A DNA stretch of 63,934 nucleotides, filler included, from Octopus bimaculoides (Eukaryota): assembly GCF_001194135.2 (NCBI RefSeq). It is 9 parts of 7 records of this genome, joined end to end, with 100 filler letters (N's around TTAATTAATTAA, not from the genome) between each part and the next. Parts side by side here need not be neighbours in the genome. Positions count along the whole stretch, not along the records: positions 1 to 9,921 come from NC_068982.1; positions 10,022 to 14,023 come from NW_026378053.1; 7 more parts are not named here. The stretch is one strand, 5' to 3'. Within the stretch, counting starts at the first letter, position 1. Each line of letters starts with the position of its first letter. The notes beneath the pieces are model-generated. The model was not told where the DNA came from. It made no database searches and saw nothing but the letters and a program-made list of their open reading frames with translations. The position numbers were made by a program, and so were the translations under genes. This document shows, piece by piece, positions 1-13,000 of the stretch.

Positions 1-18
1 TATATATATATATATGTT

Positions 19-62
<44 letters not shown>

Positions 63-140
63 TGTATATATATATATATATATATATGTTTGTATATACA
101 TATATAATATACATATACATATATGCATGTGTGTGTGTAT

Positions 141-553
141 ATTCTTTTATTCTTTACTCGTTTCAGTCATTTCACTGTAGCCATGTGGGAACACTGCCTC
201 AAAGGGTTTTAGTCAAACAAATCAGCACCAGGGGTTATTTTGTTTGTTTGTTTTGTTAAGCCTGGTACTTATTCTATCAGTATCTCTTTGCCAAACCACT
301 GAGTTACGAGGACATAAAACATGTCAACACCAGTTGTCAAGCAGTTGTGTAGGACAAGCACAGACATAAAGACATATATACATATATATATATATATGAC
401 AGGCTTCTTTCTGTTTCCATCTACCAAATCTACTCATAAGGCTTTGGTTGGCCCAAGGCTATAGTAGAAGATGTTTGCCCAGGATGCGACACAGTGGGAC
501 TGAATCCAGAACCATATGGTTGTGGTTAAGAAGCAAACTTCTTACCACACAGC
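141..553 (-). mobile_element. tRNA-derived SINE (family 3, OR-like) with an internal microsatellite
   Basis: Homologous to 25125-25531 and to partial copies at 16095-16275, 45048-45200, 46385-46530 and 30960-31145. Confidence 0.75.
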
Positions 554-787
554 AATGAAAAAATAAGTATATATATCAACTCTTTTGCAAAGAAAATGTT
601 GACAGTGACTTTGAAGTAATGGTTTAGTCGCTTTCATCAGACTGATAAAGGCAAACAAGCCAAACTTTTTCATTCTAAAAGGATAAATAGGTATTCTACT
701 AAAATGTATTGAGTGATCCTTCAGTTTAATGTTAATATTTGTTTTTAAACTATAAACTGGACATAAAAACAGGTATCAGAACAGACA

Positions 788-825
<38 letters not shown>

Positions 826-1816
826 CACACACACACACACATATATATATGTACCTAGCCTCAAGTTGACCAAAGCCTTGTGGATGAATTAGGTAAACGC
901 CCTCTACACATAGAGTATATGTGTGGATGTGTATATGCATGTGTTTATCCCTGTGTTGATATCATTTAATGGCTGTAAGTAAACCTCACCATCATACAAG
1001 CGAGGTTTTTTATTTGCAGTTAACCTTGAAATAGTATGTCTGGCCAAGGGAAATACTACCTTGCCTGGAAACAAGTGAGTAATGGCGACAGGAAGGGTAT
1101 CCAGCCGTATAAAATCTGCTCAACATATTCCATCTGACCCATGCGAACATGGGAAACTGGACGTTAAACGACAATGACGGTGATTGATGATGGTTTCGAA
1201 ACGCTTAGTTTTAGAATGGTGGCGGCTGATGAAGGAAATGTTCTCTATGTAGCCTGTGTGTTTTCTGTACTCTGTTTATCATTTTGTCCACGTTTTTTTT
1301 TGCAACGTCCTGTACCCAGATATGCATCTATATATACATGTAGATGTAGGTATGTACATACATGTACGTATATATGCATATACTCACATATTATTTGTAT
1401 TATATATATATATATATATATATGTATTATATATATATATATATATATGAGTCAGAAGGATATATATTGTTTCTAACATAAGCACAAGACTTGAAATGTA
1501 GGGACAGGTGGGGATGGATAAACAGAGTACATCGGATGTCAGTATATGACTGTTAGATTACTTTAGTGATTGATCCTCGAGAGACAAACAGCTAAGTCGC
1601 TCTCGGCGGGAAATTTAGCTCAAAACGTAAAAGAGCCAAAATAAATACTGTACGGTGTTTTATAAGAGACCCTAACAATTCTGCACATCTACCACCGAAG
1701 TACAGGTGTGTGTTGTGTGTGTGTTGTGCTGTGTTATGTGTTTGTGTGTGTGTATGTACACATACAAATAGACAGATAGATAGATAGATAGATAGATAGA
1801 GGGACAGACAGACAAA

Positions 1817-1854
<38 letters not shown>

Positions 1855-2612
1855 ATAGATAGATGTTCTCAACACGTTTTGCACAACTGAGAAGATATAC
1901 TTTACATGACATTAAGACTCTTTATGATAGATACTAATTTTTGTTCTAGTATTTTTACCACGTAATTCATATAAACAACATCATATTAGAAACGAACGCA
2001 CATATATCAACGTTACCAGCAAAACTGATTTTATAATAGTACCACACACACACACACACACGCACACACACACAAATTCGGTCACGTTATAAGCATTCTT
2101 TTTTTATTTTATTTTATTTTGTTCTGAGGGAAATCCCTGTGTATATAACAAATGCGTGTGTTATGTTGATGACGTGTTAAATAGAGGGGAGTTCCCTCCC
2201 TTATTCCTCTCACGAGTCAATATCAGGATATAATGATCGTAAGGGTAGAATGCAACGAGATGGAGTAAATAAGTGAAAGATGTTTTCTATAAAAGCAATG
2301 AAACTGTTGTTGACGTGGTTTTTTGCTGATGGTGTTGTTGGCATCGTTGTCAGGTTTTGTTTTTTTTATTTCTTTTTATTCTTCAAAATCCTCAAAACAC
2401 CTCTTTTATCTTGAGATTAATCCTTACCTGAACCATAACCATTCTCCACCTCCAAATAATAATAACAATAATAATGATGATGATGATGATGATAATGACG
2501 ATTTCAAGCTTTGGCACAAGGCCAGCAATTACTGGGAAGGGGATCACTCAATTACATCGACCTCAGTATTCAACTGGTATTTACGTTATCGACCCCGAAA
2601 GGATGAAAGGTA

Positions 2613-2645
<33 letters not shown>

Positions 2646-2792
2646 TAATTCGTTTTATTGGCCACAAGGGCTAATATCAATTAAAAACATGTAAGGACAA
2701 AGACAGGACGAAGGTTACAAAAGGTTTTGTCCGAAAAGGTAGGAAAGTTCGTCTAAACAGAGGAAGAAAACGGAGAAAGATATAATAAATAA

Positions 2793-2827
<35 letters not shown>

Positions 2828-3061
2828 GGCACAGGGCCTGAAATTCTGGGGTGGGGGCTAGTTGATTATATCAATCCCAGTACGTAACTGGTACTTATTT
2901 CATTGACCTCGAAAGGATGAAAGGCAAAGTTGATCTTGGTGGAATTTGAACTCAGAATGTGCAGTCAGAAGAAATGCCACTAATTTTTTTCCGACGTGCT
3001 AGCATTTCTACAAACTCGCCACCTTCCTCATAATAGTAATTTTATTTTTATTTTTTTATTC

Positions 3062-3370
3062 ATGCGCCCTTTTAAAGCCTAGCCAGGCTCATGGGCCCGG
3101 TTTCCCGGTTTCTGTGGCGTATGTATTCCCCTCCAGCTGGACGGGACGCCAGTCCATCGCAGCGTTACTCAAGAAACAGGAAGAAAAAGTTAGAGAAAGT
3201 TGGGGCGAAAGAGTACAACAGGGGTGGCCACTGTCCCCTGCCGGAGCCTCGTGAAGATTTGCAGTGTTTTCGCTCAATAAACACACACAACGCCCGGTCT
3301 GGAAATCGAAACCGTGATCATCCGACCGCGAGTCCGCTGCTCTAACCACTGGGCCATTGCGCCTCCACCA
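3062..3370 (-). mobile_element. tRNA-derived SINE with a V-domain-like core
   Basis: Head GGCGCAATGGCCCAGTGGTTAGAGC..GGTTTCGATTTCC (A and B boxes). Core GCGATGGACTGGCGTCCCGTCCAG. Confidence 0.7.
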
Positions 3371-3769
3371 TAATAGTAATCCTTGCAATAATTAAGCACA
3401 ATGCCTGAAATTTTGCGGAAGCGCGACAAATCCATTACATCGACCCCAATTCTTAACTGTTGCTTAATTCATCGACTCCGAAAGGACGAAAGGCAAAGTC
3501 CACCGCGGCGGAAATTTAACTCAGAACGTAAAGGCGAACGAAATGTCGCTAAGCATTTTGTCCGGCATACTAACGTTTCTGCCAGCTCACCGCGTTTTGG
3601 TTTCAAATTTTGGCACAAGTCCTGCACCAGCAGTATTAAGGTTTAATCGACTACATCGACCACATACTAGACTGGTACTTAAATTTTATCGACCCCGGAT
3701 AAAGAAAAGACATAGTTGGCTACGGTGAAATTTGAGCTCATAACGTAAAGAACCGGAGCGATCCTGACG

Positions 3770-4640
3770 ATGAACTCAGCCAATAGTCGGATTCGTCCTA
3801 CATGCGATAACAGGTTCACAAGTCAGTAATGCTCGAATTCTGCATTGAAACGGTTTCGGCGCTCTGTGCACATCTCGAGCAGTTTCTCAAATCAGCAGTG
3901 CTCTTCGGTAGCACTGCCAGGCTAGGTATTTATGGAAGTTATCCATGGTAATCCCTGGCTCCAAAGTCCTCCCAAACAGATCAGCTACTTCATCCTCGTC
4001 GACGGCTGGATTTCTATATATATTGCTAAGGTAGAACTTCCACCGCCCGCACTGTCCGACTAGTAGAGGGCGGTGAGCGTCTCGCGACATTCCAAGTGCT
4101 AAGACTGCAACTCCATCAAAGAGATGAGCCGCAGAAAAACGTGTCATACAAATGGAGACCACACTGGCTGACCATCAAGGAAAATTCGTAGGTGGCGTAA
4201 CCGCAGCGCGTGTCTGCGTATCAGCCACCATGGCATGCCAACCCCGTCTTCCAGAGGCCGCTGGAAGCAGATGGATACCTAAACAGTGGAACGCGTCCTT
4301 TTCACATGAAGCAGAAAAGTAAACACTCCAGTGTGGCCAAACGTCGAACGGGTCAAGGGACAACGATCCGGTGATAAGTTATTACGGAGGTGATGTAGGC
4401 ATTCGCTTCCGCTGCACGACTTTTCAGAAAAATGTTGTCTCTCGGCCCATTTTTGAATGAGGTTGGCCATCTTGCTTGTAACCTCGTCCCGGTTCCTGTC
4501 CACCTGGAAGTCCAGACCAAACCAGATCCCCTAACAATATCACTGGGCCATTTGTTCATCGACTTACTATGTTATTCGATGGCGTAAACTTGTCCTTCCA
4601 CGTGCCATCCAAACAACAAACTTTGTTCCTATGAAGTTCT
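3770..4640 (-). mobile_element. L1/Tx1-clade LINE ORF2 fragment (post-RT region), frameshifted
   Basis: Frameshifted GSGLVW/QVDRNRDEVTSK..QKWAER..SRAAEANAYITSVITY and VDEDEVADLFGRTLEPGITMDNFHKYLAWQCYRRAL. Homologous to 63110-63300. Confidence 0.72.
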
Positions 4641-5407
4641 TGTTTGCAAACCACTTTCACCTTAAGCTACATGTTTCTTCGCGAAACCACCAAATTTACC
4701 TCATGCTTGGATTCTAAATACTTTTTGCAAACTTTTCAGGCCAGAACATCATTGCATGAGATTGTATTTCCTCTTGCTTATACTTTATTTCTTTCAATCG
4801 GAAACCATGCTACCACTAGTCAACCAAGAGCCTCTATGAAATCGACCGATACGTTAGAAATTGCATCTAAATATTCTCTTGAACGGAGAAGGACACATCC
4901 TAGAAAAGTAATGATCGAAAGGACAGGGCGGTTATGGTTAGAATATCTTTCATTGCGAATATATATCTGGTCAGTGAACGCTGACCTGGGGCTAAGCAAC
5001 AACAACAACCATATTAATATCGATTTCAAATTTTGGTACAAGACTAACAATTTCGAGGGCGCGAAAGGATGAAAAGTAAAGTCGACTCCGGCAACATTTG
5101 AAGTCAGAACGTTAAAGACAGACAAAATACCTCTGGGCGTGCTAATGATTCTGCTTGCTCGCTACCTTAAACAACCATAATATTATAGAATCAATCATAT
5201 CTCATAGCTTGTAAGGGCTTAAGAAAAGCAATAGGAACTATTTCTTTATCATCACCAAACTAAATTTAAAACCAAAGTCGGTAAGACTTGTATAACTCAG
5301 CTCTCGCCAGTACATTATTTCGCGGAGGTAACTAAACAACGAAGACCAACTTAAAGGACCATTATACTGACCGAAAATTTAAGTCTGATTTGAAAGAATG
5401 CTTTGTA

Positions 5408-5619
5408 CAGGGTGTCCACAAAGTCTGGGTACATGGAGTAAATAAAATGGTCCCTTCGTTCACCAGACCTTCTTCCGCTTGACTTCTTTTTCTGTAATCT
5501 TTATTGAATAAACTTTCTCTTTCAACATACCTCGGAAAAGGAAGTCAAGGGGAGAAAGGTCTGGTGAACGGAGGGACCACTTTATTTACTCCATGTACCC
5601 AGACTTTGTGGACACACTG
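5408..5619. mobile_element. Tc1/mariner MITE
   Basis: About 80-bp TIR CAGGGTGTCCACAAAGTCTGGGTACATGG.., TA TSD at 5406-5407 and 5620-5621. Confidence 0.88.
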
Positions 5620-6719
5620 TAGAGTGGCAGAAGTCGATTGATTCTAGTTCTATATTTCACATGTATTTATATGATCATTGCCGTATGATGGGGAAATGCA
5701 ATCTGTTGATTTTCACTCTTGGAGTTGTGAACTACTGAATTAGAAAAACACTATATAAAAGACATGAAGACGATGGCATTTGCGCCCCACCACAACCATC
5801 ACCCCGAAACTTACAGACCAACAAAAGCAAAAAGAAAAGAAAAGGAAAAAATCAAATGTTGACGTGTGTTTGTCATATCTATTATATAAATATAACAAAA
5901 TGAGCATTAAGCTGTTATCAAATGTCTTCTACCTTTTGTATATTTTACAGCAGTCACTAAATGGCTAACTGTATGAATGCACGCTCGCACGCACACGCAC
6001 ACACACACACACACACGTACATACTTACGTATACACACGCACACACACATGCTCTCACATACAGATTTTTGCATTCTAGTAAAGAAATATATTAACACAT
6101 GCTTAATATGTGTACGCTTGTAATCGGCTATGAATTTGATGAAAACTTAGCAGAAGTGTCTGCACACACTCTCCCGTTCTCTCTCTCTCTCTCTCTCTCT
6201 CTCCCTCTCTCTCACACACACACACACACACACGTACATACACGCCCGCGCGTACAGGATTTTGCGTTCTCGCAAAGAACTATATTTTTGCATAATTAAT
6301 AAGCGTACGCTTATTAAGTATGCTTATTAAGTCAGTTGTGGACTGATGAAAATTGAGTGTAAGAACGCATGCATACATACATACATACATACATACATAC
6401 ATACATACAGTCTATATACATATATACATTACATAGCTATATGAGTATATATGAGTGAGGGGGACGACCACGAGGCACCGATGACCTGCACCCGATTTGA
6501 CATTGGTCGGTTCTAGTAGTATCTTAATTTATCAATGAGAGGGGATTATTTCCTCTTTGGTCAAACCATTTGCCATTTTCAAAGAAAAAAATAAAACAAC
6601 ATTTTTACTGGTTCCCCACGACCATTCTCACAGCTGAACATGTACAGGTCACAGATCACAGCAGAGAAACAGAGAGAGAGAGGGGGGGAGTTTATCGAAC
6701 CCAAAAAGGTGAAAGGCAA

Positions 6720-9190
6720 AGTTGATGATGCATGAAGCTGCCTTCTTTGGAAAGTCAAACAGTGAGTGGTTGATATGTTCTCAGGAAGAAGTGCCAGACA
6801 GAATAGAAGCCGTACACAGTGACCCTTTAAAGATATTCATGGATATAGGACAGCCCTTTCCAGCTACCAACGTTCAGATCACACACTTTCAACATTGCAC
6901 TTCACTCTTGACAAAATAAAACCAGTTATGATAAAACTCGGACATGATCTAGTTAAGGACCATATGATATCATAAGACCTAAAAAAACAAGCTGCCCAGG
7001 GCTACAGAAGAACCGATCGAAGATTTTACAAGTGCTTTGAAAGAAGCAGTGGGGGCCCTGGCTCTAGACTGTTTTGTCGGGACTTCATTTGAGAACTGAA
7101 CTCATCGGGACTTGACGTGTTTTGAGGGATTTCATTGTTAGATGGTGAAGAGAGATTCTGGTCCATCACTGTTGAAAGATTAGTATCTTATCAACTTGTC
7201 AATGAGTTTAGTGACACAAGCATCCCAAAAAAAGAAATAGCGTGCATCGGTGATCAGCTAGCTTATTAGGGAAGCACAGAGCAATGATATAATACTCTCA
7301 GTCATATGATTAAATTACTCAAAAGCTACTCCAAGCGTGCCCCACCTGATGATCCAAAATGAATTGAGCAACGCTAACTACAAACAGCAGTAAATAAAGA
7401 TCGTTAAGTTACACATGGATTCGTTGAAAGAGGGATTCACTGTGGGAAACTCTATTGGCGACTTAAGAGGGACATTATGGCAAAATACACAATATCTGCG
7501 GTTCTGTTCGTGGTTGCCATGAAAAAAATCAGGAGGAATAGAGCGCAGAGAGCCAAATACTGTCAACAATACAAGACATCCAGCCTACAGAGTTTTCATA
7601 GGTGTTGAATAGTGATACTGGAGATAACTAAATGGTCACTGGTGCAAACCAACCCACAAACATCTAGGAGTCTAGGTATCCTGAAAGGAAAGCTAACAAA
7701 AATATCAGCATTCAAATATCTGAGAATTGAATACTTTACACGGAAGGAATCTGGTACCTTAGAAAGAATTAGAACAGCTTTCTGAAGGGCAATGGTGACG
7801 TCAAAGACATGACCCACCTACGCATCTTGTTCAAGATAGTTGGCATAAACCAGACACATGAAAGGATTAAGGTATATTGCTTCCTTTGTGGTTATGAAAC
7901 CTAGATTGCAATGATCTTTCTTGCAATATGATTTTCTAGTGACTCAAACGGAAGCAGTGGTAAGATTGTGCAGTAAAATCGTTCGAAGATACCAGAATGT
8001 TATTATTCAGTTCTGTCAACTTGTATAGTAAGACTTGAAGGCTCTGTTGGCCAGCTTCGAAGGTAACGGAAGCATTCAAAGCCACTAAGTTTAGAGCAAT
8101 CAGCAGTATCTGTACTATCTGAAGATGAAAAAGTCAGATACACCAACGAGACCATAAAGGGTAGCAGGAGGAGAAGATCTCAAGAAACTTTGAAGGAAGC
8201 AGAGACGTAATGGAAACATCAGGAGATCTTTGTGGGTGATCGGTCAAGGAGAGCTAGGATTTGAAAACGACAGTATTAAGAGATGGAGCAAAGCTAATAA
8301 CAAAAACATGACAGGATTCGTAGTACAGAGGGTCCAAAAGAGAGCAAATGAAGATCGTCATGTAAATGTTGTAGGTTGTGCCTTCCAGGTCAGTGGAACG
8401 AAATGGAACGACGCACTTTAGTGGTCACAGTCTTAAAAGGACCTCTGAGGTGTCAACTAAGGCAAGCTGTTCTTCCAAAGTTTTGTATTGTAAATATTTT
8501 AAACATTTGGAACAAAGAAGAGAATTCATCCTGCAAACAGTATGGAGCCCTTTTGTAATCTGAATCACACTTTGACTAGATCCTCCAAACTCCTAGGAAA
8601 GGGTCGATAAACGTGGATAAAATTTTGAAGGACGACAAGGTCCTTCTTTATAGAACTGCTAAATGAACGGATCTACAGAGAGTTAAAGATATCAATTTCA
8701 AAAGGTTAGCTAATAAAATTACTAGGTTAAGCATAACTGTGGAGAATTCCCTTTGTCTTTTACATCAAGACTGACTGAGAGATGCATGTGAGCCTGGAGG
8801 AAAGATTCATTCTTCCAGAAAAGGTGGCAATAACATAGTTCCGATCGGATATGCTTCTTTCATCCAGGACCACAAAAACCATATTAGTAGACGATGTAAC
8901 AATACTAGAATTTGATTCATGAGGCTTTTGTCGAGCACATTCCTCAATGAAGTTGACTGCGGGTGTTTTTCGGCAATATTAACGTGCTACGTATGGATAG
9001 ATGAACAGCTTGGAACCAGAACAAGTGAAGAAACTCATTGGAAGGATAGCCAGGGCTGTGGAGGAAAAGGTTTGAGGCAAGATCAAGCTTGTTGTAATTG
9101 ACAAGTGATCGAAGCAGCAACGGAACCCTTCCAATGGGCGACACGTCTTTTACACTAAAATACTTTCTAGAAACACTGGTCACCGTTGAG
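6720..9190 (-). mobile_element. Probable highly degenerate LINE
   Basis: Coding-like composition. The ORF fragment ..NADIFVS..TSDHLVI (7596-7817) resembles an APE endonuclease C-terminus. No clear RT motif. Confidence 0.3.
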
Positions 9191-9206
9191 GAAAAGACCC
9201 TACAAC

Positions 9207-9208
<2 letters not shown>

Positions 9209-9286
<78 letters not shown>

Positions 9287-9725
9287 ACACATATACATAC
9301 ATACATATATAATCACATGCATATATACGTATGTATGAGTATATGCATACGTATATAATATATATATATATATGCATATATGTGTGTGCGTGTGTATAAA
9401 GATACATACCCTAATACATTCATATATATATATATGTAAAGATATATAAATACATACACAAATATATTTGTATGCCTGTATATATGAAAGAAGTGGGAAT
9501 CCAATTGAACTGCAACAACAACTTAAACACCCAACAAAGTGGACAAGCGCATTCACATATACGTACATGCTTACATGCGTACACGTACACACACACCAGT
9601 TTATACTCATGAAATTGGTGTATGAACGCAAACGCAAATATGTGTGTGTGTGTGTGTGTGTGCGTGTGTGTGTGTGTGTGTATGCATATACGTATGTACA
9701 TGTATATTTATGTAGTATATATATA
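9209..9725. repeat. Compound (CA)n/(TA)n/(TG)n microsatellite block, representative of many such tracts in the window
   Basis: Direct observation. Confidence 0.95.
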
Positions 9726-9734
9726 GATCGCTAG

Positions 9735-9905
9735 CCACTACACATTCTTTATTTTCTCTCCCTGTTTCTTTCTGTGTTCCTTTCTGTGGAAGAGCGTAGG
9801 CTCGAAACGTTAAAGATTTTTTCACTTCCCGAGCGTTAAACTAATACATCTGTTTGTCGTCTACACCACTTGTATTCGTTTTTGTACCGTTGTGAATTTT
9901 CCCTA
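9735..9905 (+). mobile_element. Short repeat, probable PLE terminal repeat, with a hammerhead-like motif
   Basis: Near-identical to 56655-56790. Both copies abut microsatellites or gaps. Confidence 0.55.
9780..9815 (+). ncRNA. Candidate atypical minimal hammerhead
   Basis: CUUU CUGUGGAA GAGC-guag-GCUC GAAAC GU U AAAG. Stems I-III are present but the core is not CUGANGA. Confidence 0.35.
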
Positions 9906-9965
9906 TATATATATATATATANNNNNNNNNNNNNNNNNNNNNNNNNNNNNNNNNNNNNNNNNNNN

Positions 9966-9977
9966 TTAATTAATTAA
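9966..9977. other. Artificial TTAATTAATTAA linker centred in a 100-bp N gap
   Basis: The same 12-mer occurs at 14068, 24009, 30636, 50619, 56835, 59735 and 61946. It gives stops in all six frames. Confidence 0.95.
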
Positions 9978-10021
9978 NNNNNNNNNNNNNNNNNNNNNNN
10001 NNNNNNNNNNNNNNNNNNNNN

Positions 10022-13000
10022 GTACGTACGATCGAACGAATGAACGAACGAAGGCATGAACGAACGAACGAGCAAACGTATGTACGAACGAGTGAACGTA
10101 CGTACGTATGAACGAACGAACGANNNNNNNNNNGAACGAACGAAATAACAAAAGAACGAACGAACAAGCGAATGAACGTACGTACGTACGACTGAACGAA
10201 CGTACGTACGAAGGAACGAACGTACGTACGAACGAACGAACAATCGTACGAACGAACGAACGAACAAACGTACGTACGAACGAAATAACGAAAGAACGAA
10301 CGCATGAACGAACGAAATATCGAACGAACGATCGATCGAACGGACGTAGGTACGAACGAACAAACGATCGAACGAACGTACGTAGTTAGGAACGAACGAA
10401 CATTCATACGAAAGAACNNNNNNNNNNNNNNNNNNNNNNNNNNNNNNNNNNNNNNNNNNNAACGTACAAACAAACGAACGTAGGCATGTACGTAAGAATA
10501 AACGTACGTAAAAACGACCGAAAGAACGTACGTACAACCAAATGTACGAAAGAACGAACGTACGTACGAACGAACGAAATAACGAACGCATGAACGAACG
10601 AAATATCGAAAGAACGAACGATCGATCGAACGGACGTAGGTATGAACNNNNNNNNNNNNNNNNNNNNNNNNNNNNNNNNNNNNNNNNNNNNNNNNNNNNN
10701 NNNNNNNNNNNNNNNNNNNNNNNNNNNNNNNNNNNNNNNNNNNNNNNNNNNNNNGAACGTACGTACGAACGAACGTACAAACGATCAAACGTAGGCATGT
10801 ACGTTAGAACGAAGTACGTACGTAAAAACGACCGAAAGAACGTACGTACGAACGAACGTAANNNNNNNNNNAACGACCGAAAGAACGTACGTACGAACGA
10901 ACGTAAGTATGTTCGAACGAATGACAAAATGTACGAAAGAACGAACGTACGTACGAACGAACGTTCGTCCGTACATNNNNNNNNNNNNNNNNNNNNNNNN
11001 NNNNNNNNNNNTACGTACGTTAGAAACAACGATCGAACGAACGTTTGTACGTACGAACGAACTATTGAACGAACGTACGTACGAACGAACAAACAAAGGA
11101 ACGATCGAACAAACGNNNNNNNNNNNNNNNNNNNNNNNNNNNNNNNNNNNNNNNNNNNNNNNNNNNNNNNNNNNNNNNNNNNNNNNNNNNNNNNNNNNNN
11201 NNNNNNNNNNNNNNNNNNNNNNNNNNNNNNNNNNNNNNNNNNNNNNNNNNNNNNNNNNNNNNNNNNNNNNNNNNNNNNNNNNNNNNNNNNNNNNNNNNNN
11301 NNNNNNNNNNNNNNNNNNNNNNNNNNNNNNNNNNNNNNNNNNNNNNNNNNNNNNNNNNNNNNNNNNNNNNNNNNNNNNNNNNNNNNNNNNNNNNNNNNNN
11401 NNNNNNNNNNNNNNNNNNNNNNNNNNNNNNNNNNNNNNNNNNNNNNNNNNNNNNNNNNNNNNNNNNNNNNNNNNNNNNNNNNNNNNNNNNNNNNNNNNNN
11501 NNNNNNNNNNNNNNNNNNNNNNNNNNNNNNNNNNNNNNNNNNNNNNNNNNNNNNNNNNNNNNNNNNNNNNNNNNNNNNNNNNNNNNNNNNNNNNNNNNNN
11601 NNNNNNNNNNNNNNNNNNNNNNNNNNNNNNNNNNNNNNNNNNNNNNNNNNNNNNNNNNAACGAACAAACGTGCGTACGAACGAATGAACGAACGAACGAA
11701 ATAACGAAGGAACGAACGAAATATCGAACGAACGACGATCGATCGGACGTAGGTACGAATNNNNNNNNNNACGAACGAAATATCGAACGAACGACGATCG
11801 ATCGGACGTAGGTACGAATGAACGTTCATACGAACGAACGAAAGAATGAAAAGTACGAATGAAAGAACGAACGTACGTANNNNNNNNNNGAATGAAAAGT
11901 ACGAATGAAAGAACGAACGTACGTAGGAACGAACGAACGTACGAACAAAAGAACGAACGAACAAAAGCACGAACGAAAGTACGTACAAACGTACGTTTGT
12001 ACGAACGAACGAACAAATGGACGAAAGAACAAAGGTACGTACGAACGNNNNNNNNNNNNNNNNNNNNNNNNNNNNNNNNNNNNNNNNNNNNNNNNNNNNN
12101 NNNNNNNNNNNNNNNNNNNNNNNNNNNNNNNNNNNNNNNNNNNNNNNNNNNNNNNNNNNNNNNNNNNNNNNNNNNNNNNNNNNNNNNNNNNNNNNNNNNN
12201 NNNNNNNNNNNNNNNNNNNNNNNNNNNNNNNNNNNNNNNNNNNNNNNNNNNNNNNNTGAACGTACGTACGTACGACCGAATGAACGTACGTACGAAGGAA
12301 CGAACGTACGTACGAACGAACAATCGTATGAACGAACGAACAAACGTACGAACGAACGAATGAACNNNNNNNNNNCGAACAATCGTATGAACGAACGAAC
12401 AAACGTACGAACGAACGAATGAACGAAATAACGAAGGAACGAACGCATGAACAAACGAAATATCGAACGAACGAACGATCGAACGTACGTAGTTAGGAAC
12501 GAACGAACGAACATTCATACGAAAGAACGATCGAACNNNNNNNNNNNNNNNNNNNNNNNNNNNNNNNNNNNNNNNNNNNNNNNNNNNNNNNNNNNNNNNN
12601 NNNNNNNNNNNNNNNNNNNNNNNNNNNNNNNNNNNNNNNNNNNNNNNNNNNNNNNNNNNNNNNNNNNNNNNNNNNNNNNNNNNNNNNNNNNNNNNNNNNN
12701 NNNNNNNNNNNNNNNNNNNNNNNNNNNNNNNNNNNNNNNNNNNNNNNNNNNNNNNNNNNNNNNNNNNNNNNNNNNNNNNNNNNNNNNNNNNNNNNNNNNN
12801 NNNNNNNNNNNNNNNNNNNNNNNNNNNNNNNNNNNNNNNNNNNNNNNNNNNNNNNNNNNNNNNNNNNNNNNNNNNNNNNNNNNNNNNNNNNNNNNNNNNN
12901 NNNNNNNNNNNNNNNNNNNNNNNNNNNNNNNNNNNNNNNNNNNNNNNNNNNNNNNNNNNNNNNNNNNNNNNNNNNNNNNNNNNNNNNNNNNNNNNNNNNN

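Noticed and set aside
1193-1245. GAAACGC followed by CTGATGA as a hammerhead
   Set aside because: No GAAA follows stem II, so it is at best a permuted relic.
2299-2355. Signal-peptide-like MKLLLTWFFADGVVGIVV with an upstream TATAAAAG
   Set aside because: The TATA word is too close to the ATG, the donor is weak, and there is an Asp in the hydrophobic core.
3221-3245. GDSGHP on the minus strand as the missing protease Ser exon
   Set aside because: It lies inside a tRNA-SINE, is not GDSGGP, and has no surrounding protease motifs or splice sites.
6296-6317. Perfect 22-bp palindrome TTAATAAGCGTACGCTTATTAA
   Set aside because: It is a single short palindrome inside a microsatellite-bearing repeat relic and most likely a local fold-back.
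9966-9977. Recurrent TTAATTAATTAA palindrome (8 copies) as a biological motif
   Set aside because: It is always centred in 100-bp N gaps and gives six-frame stops, so it is an assembly linker.
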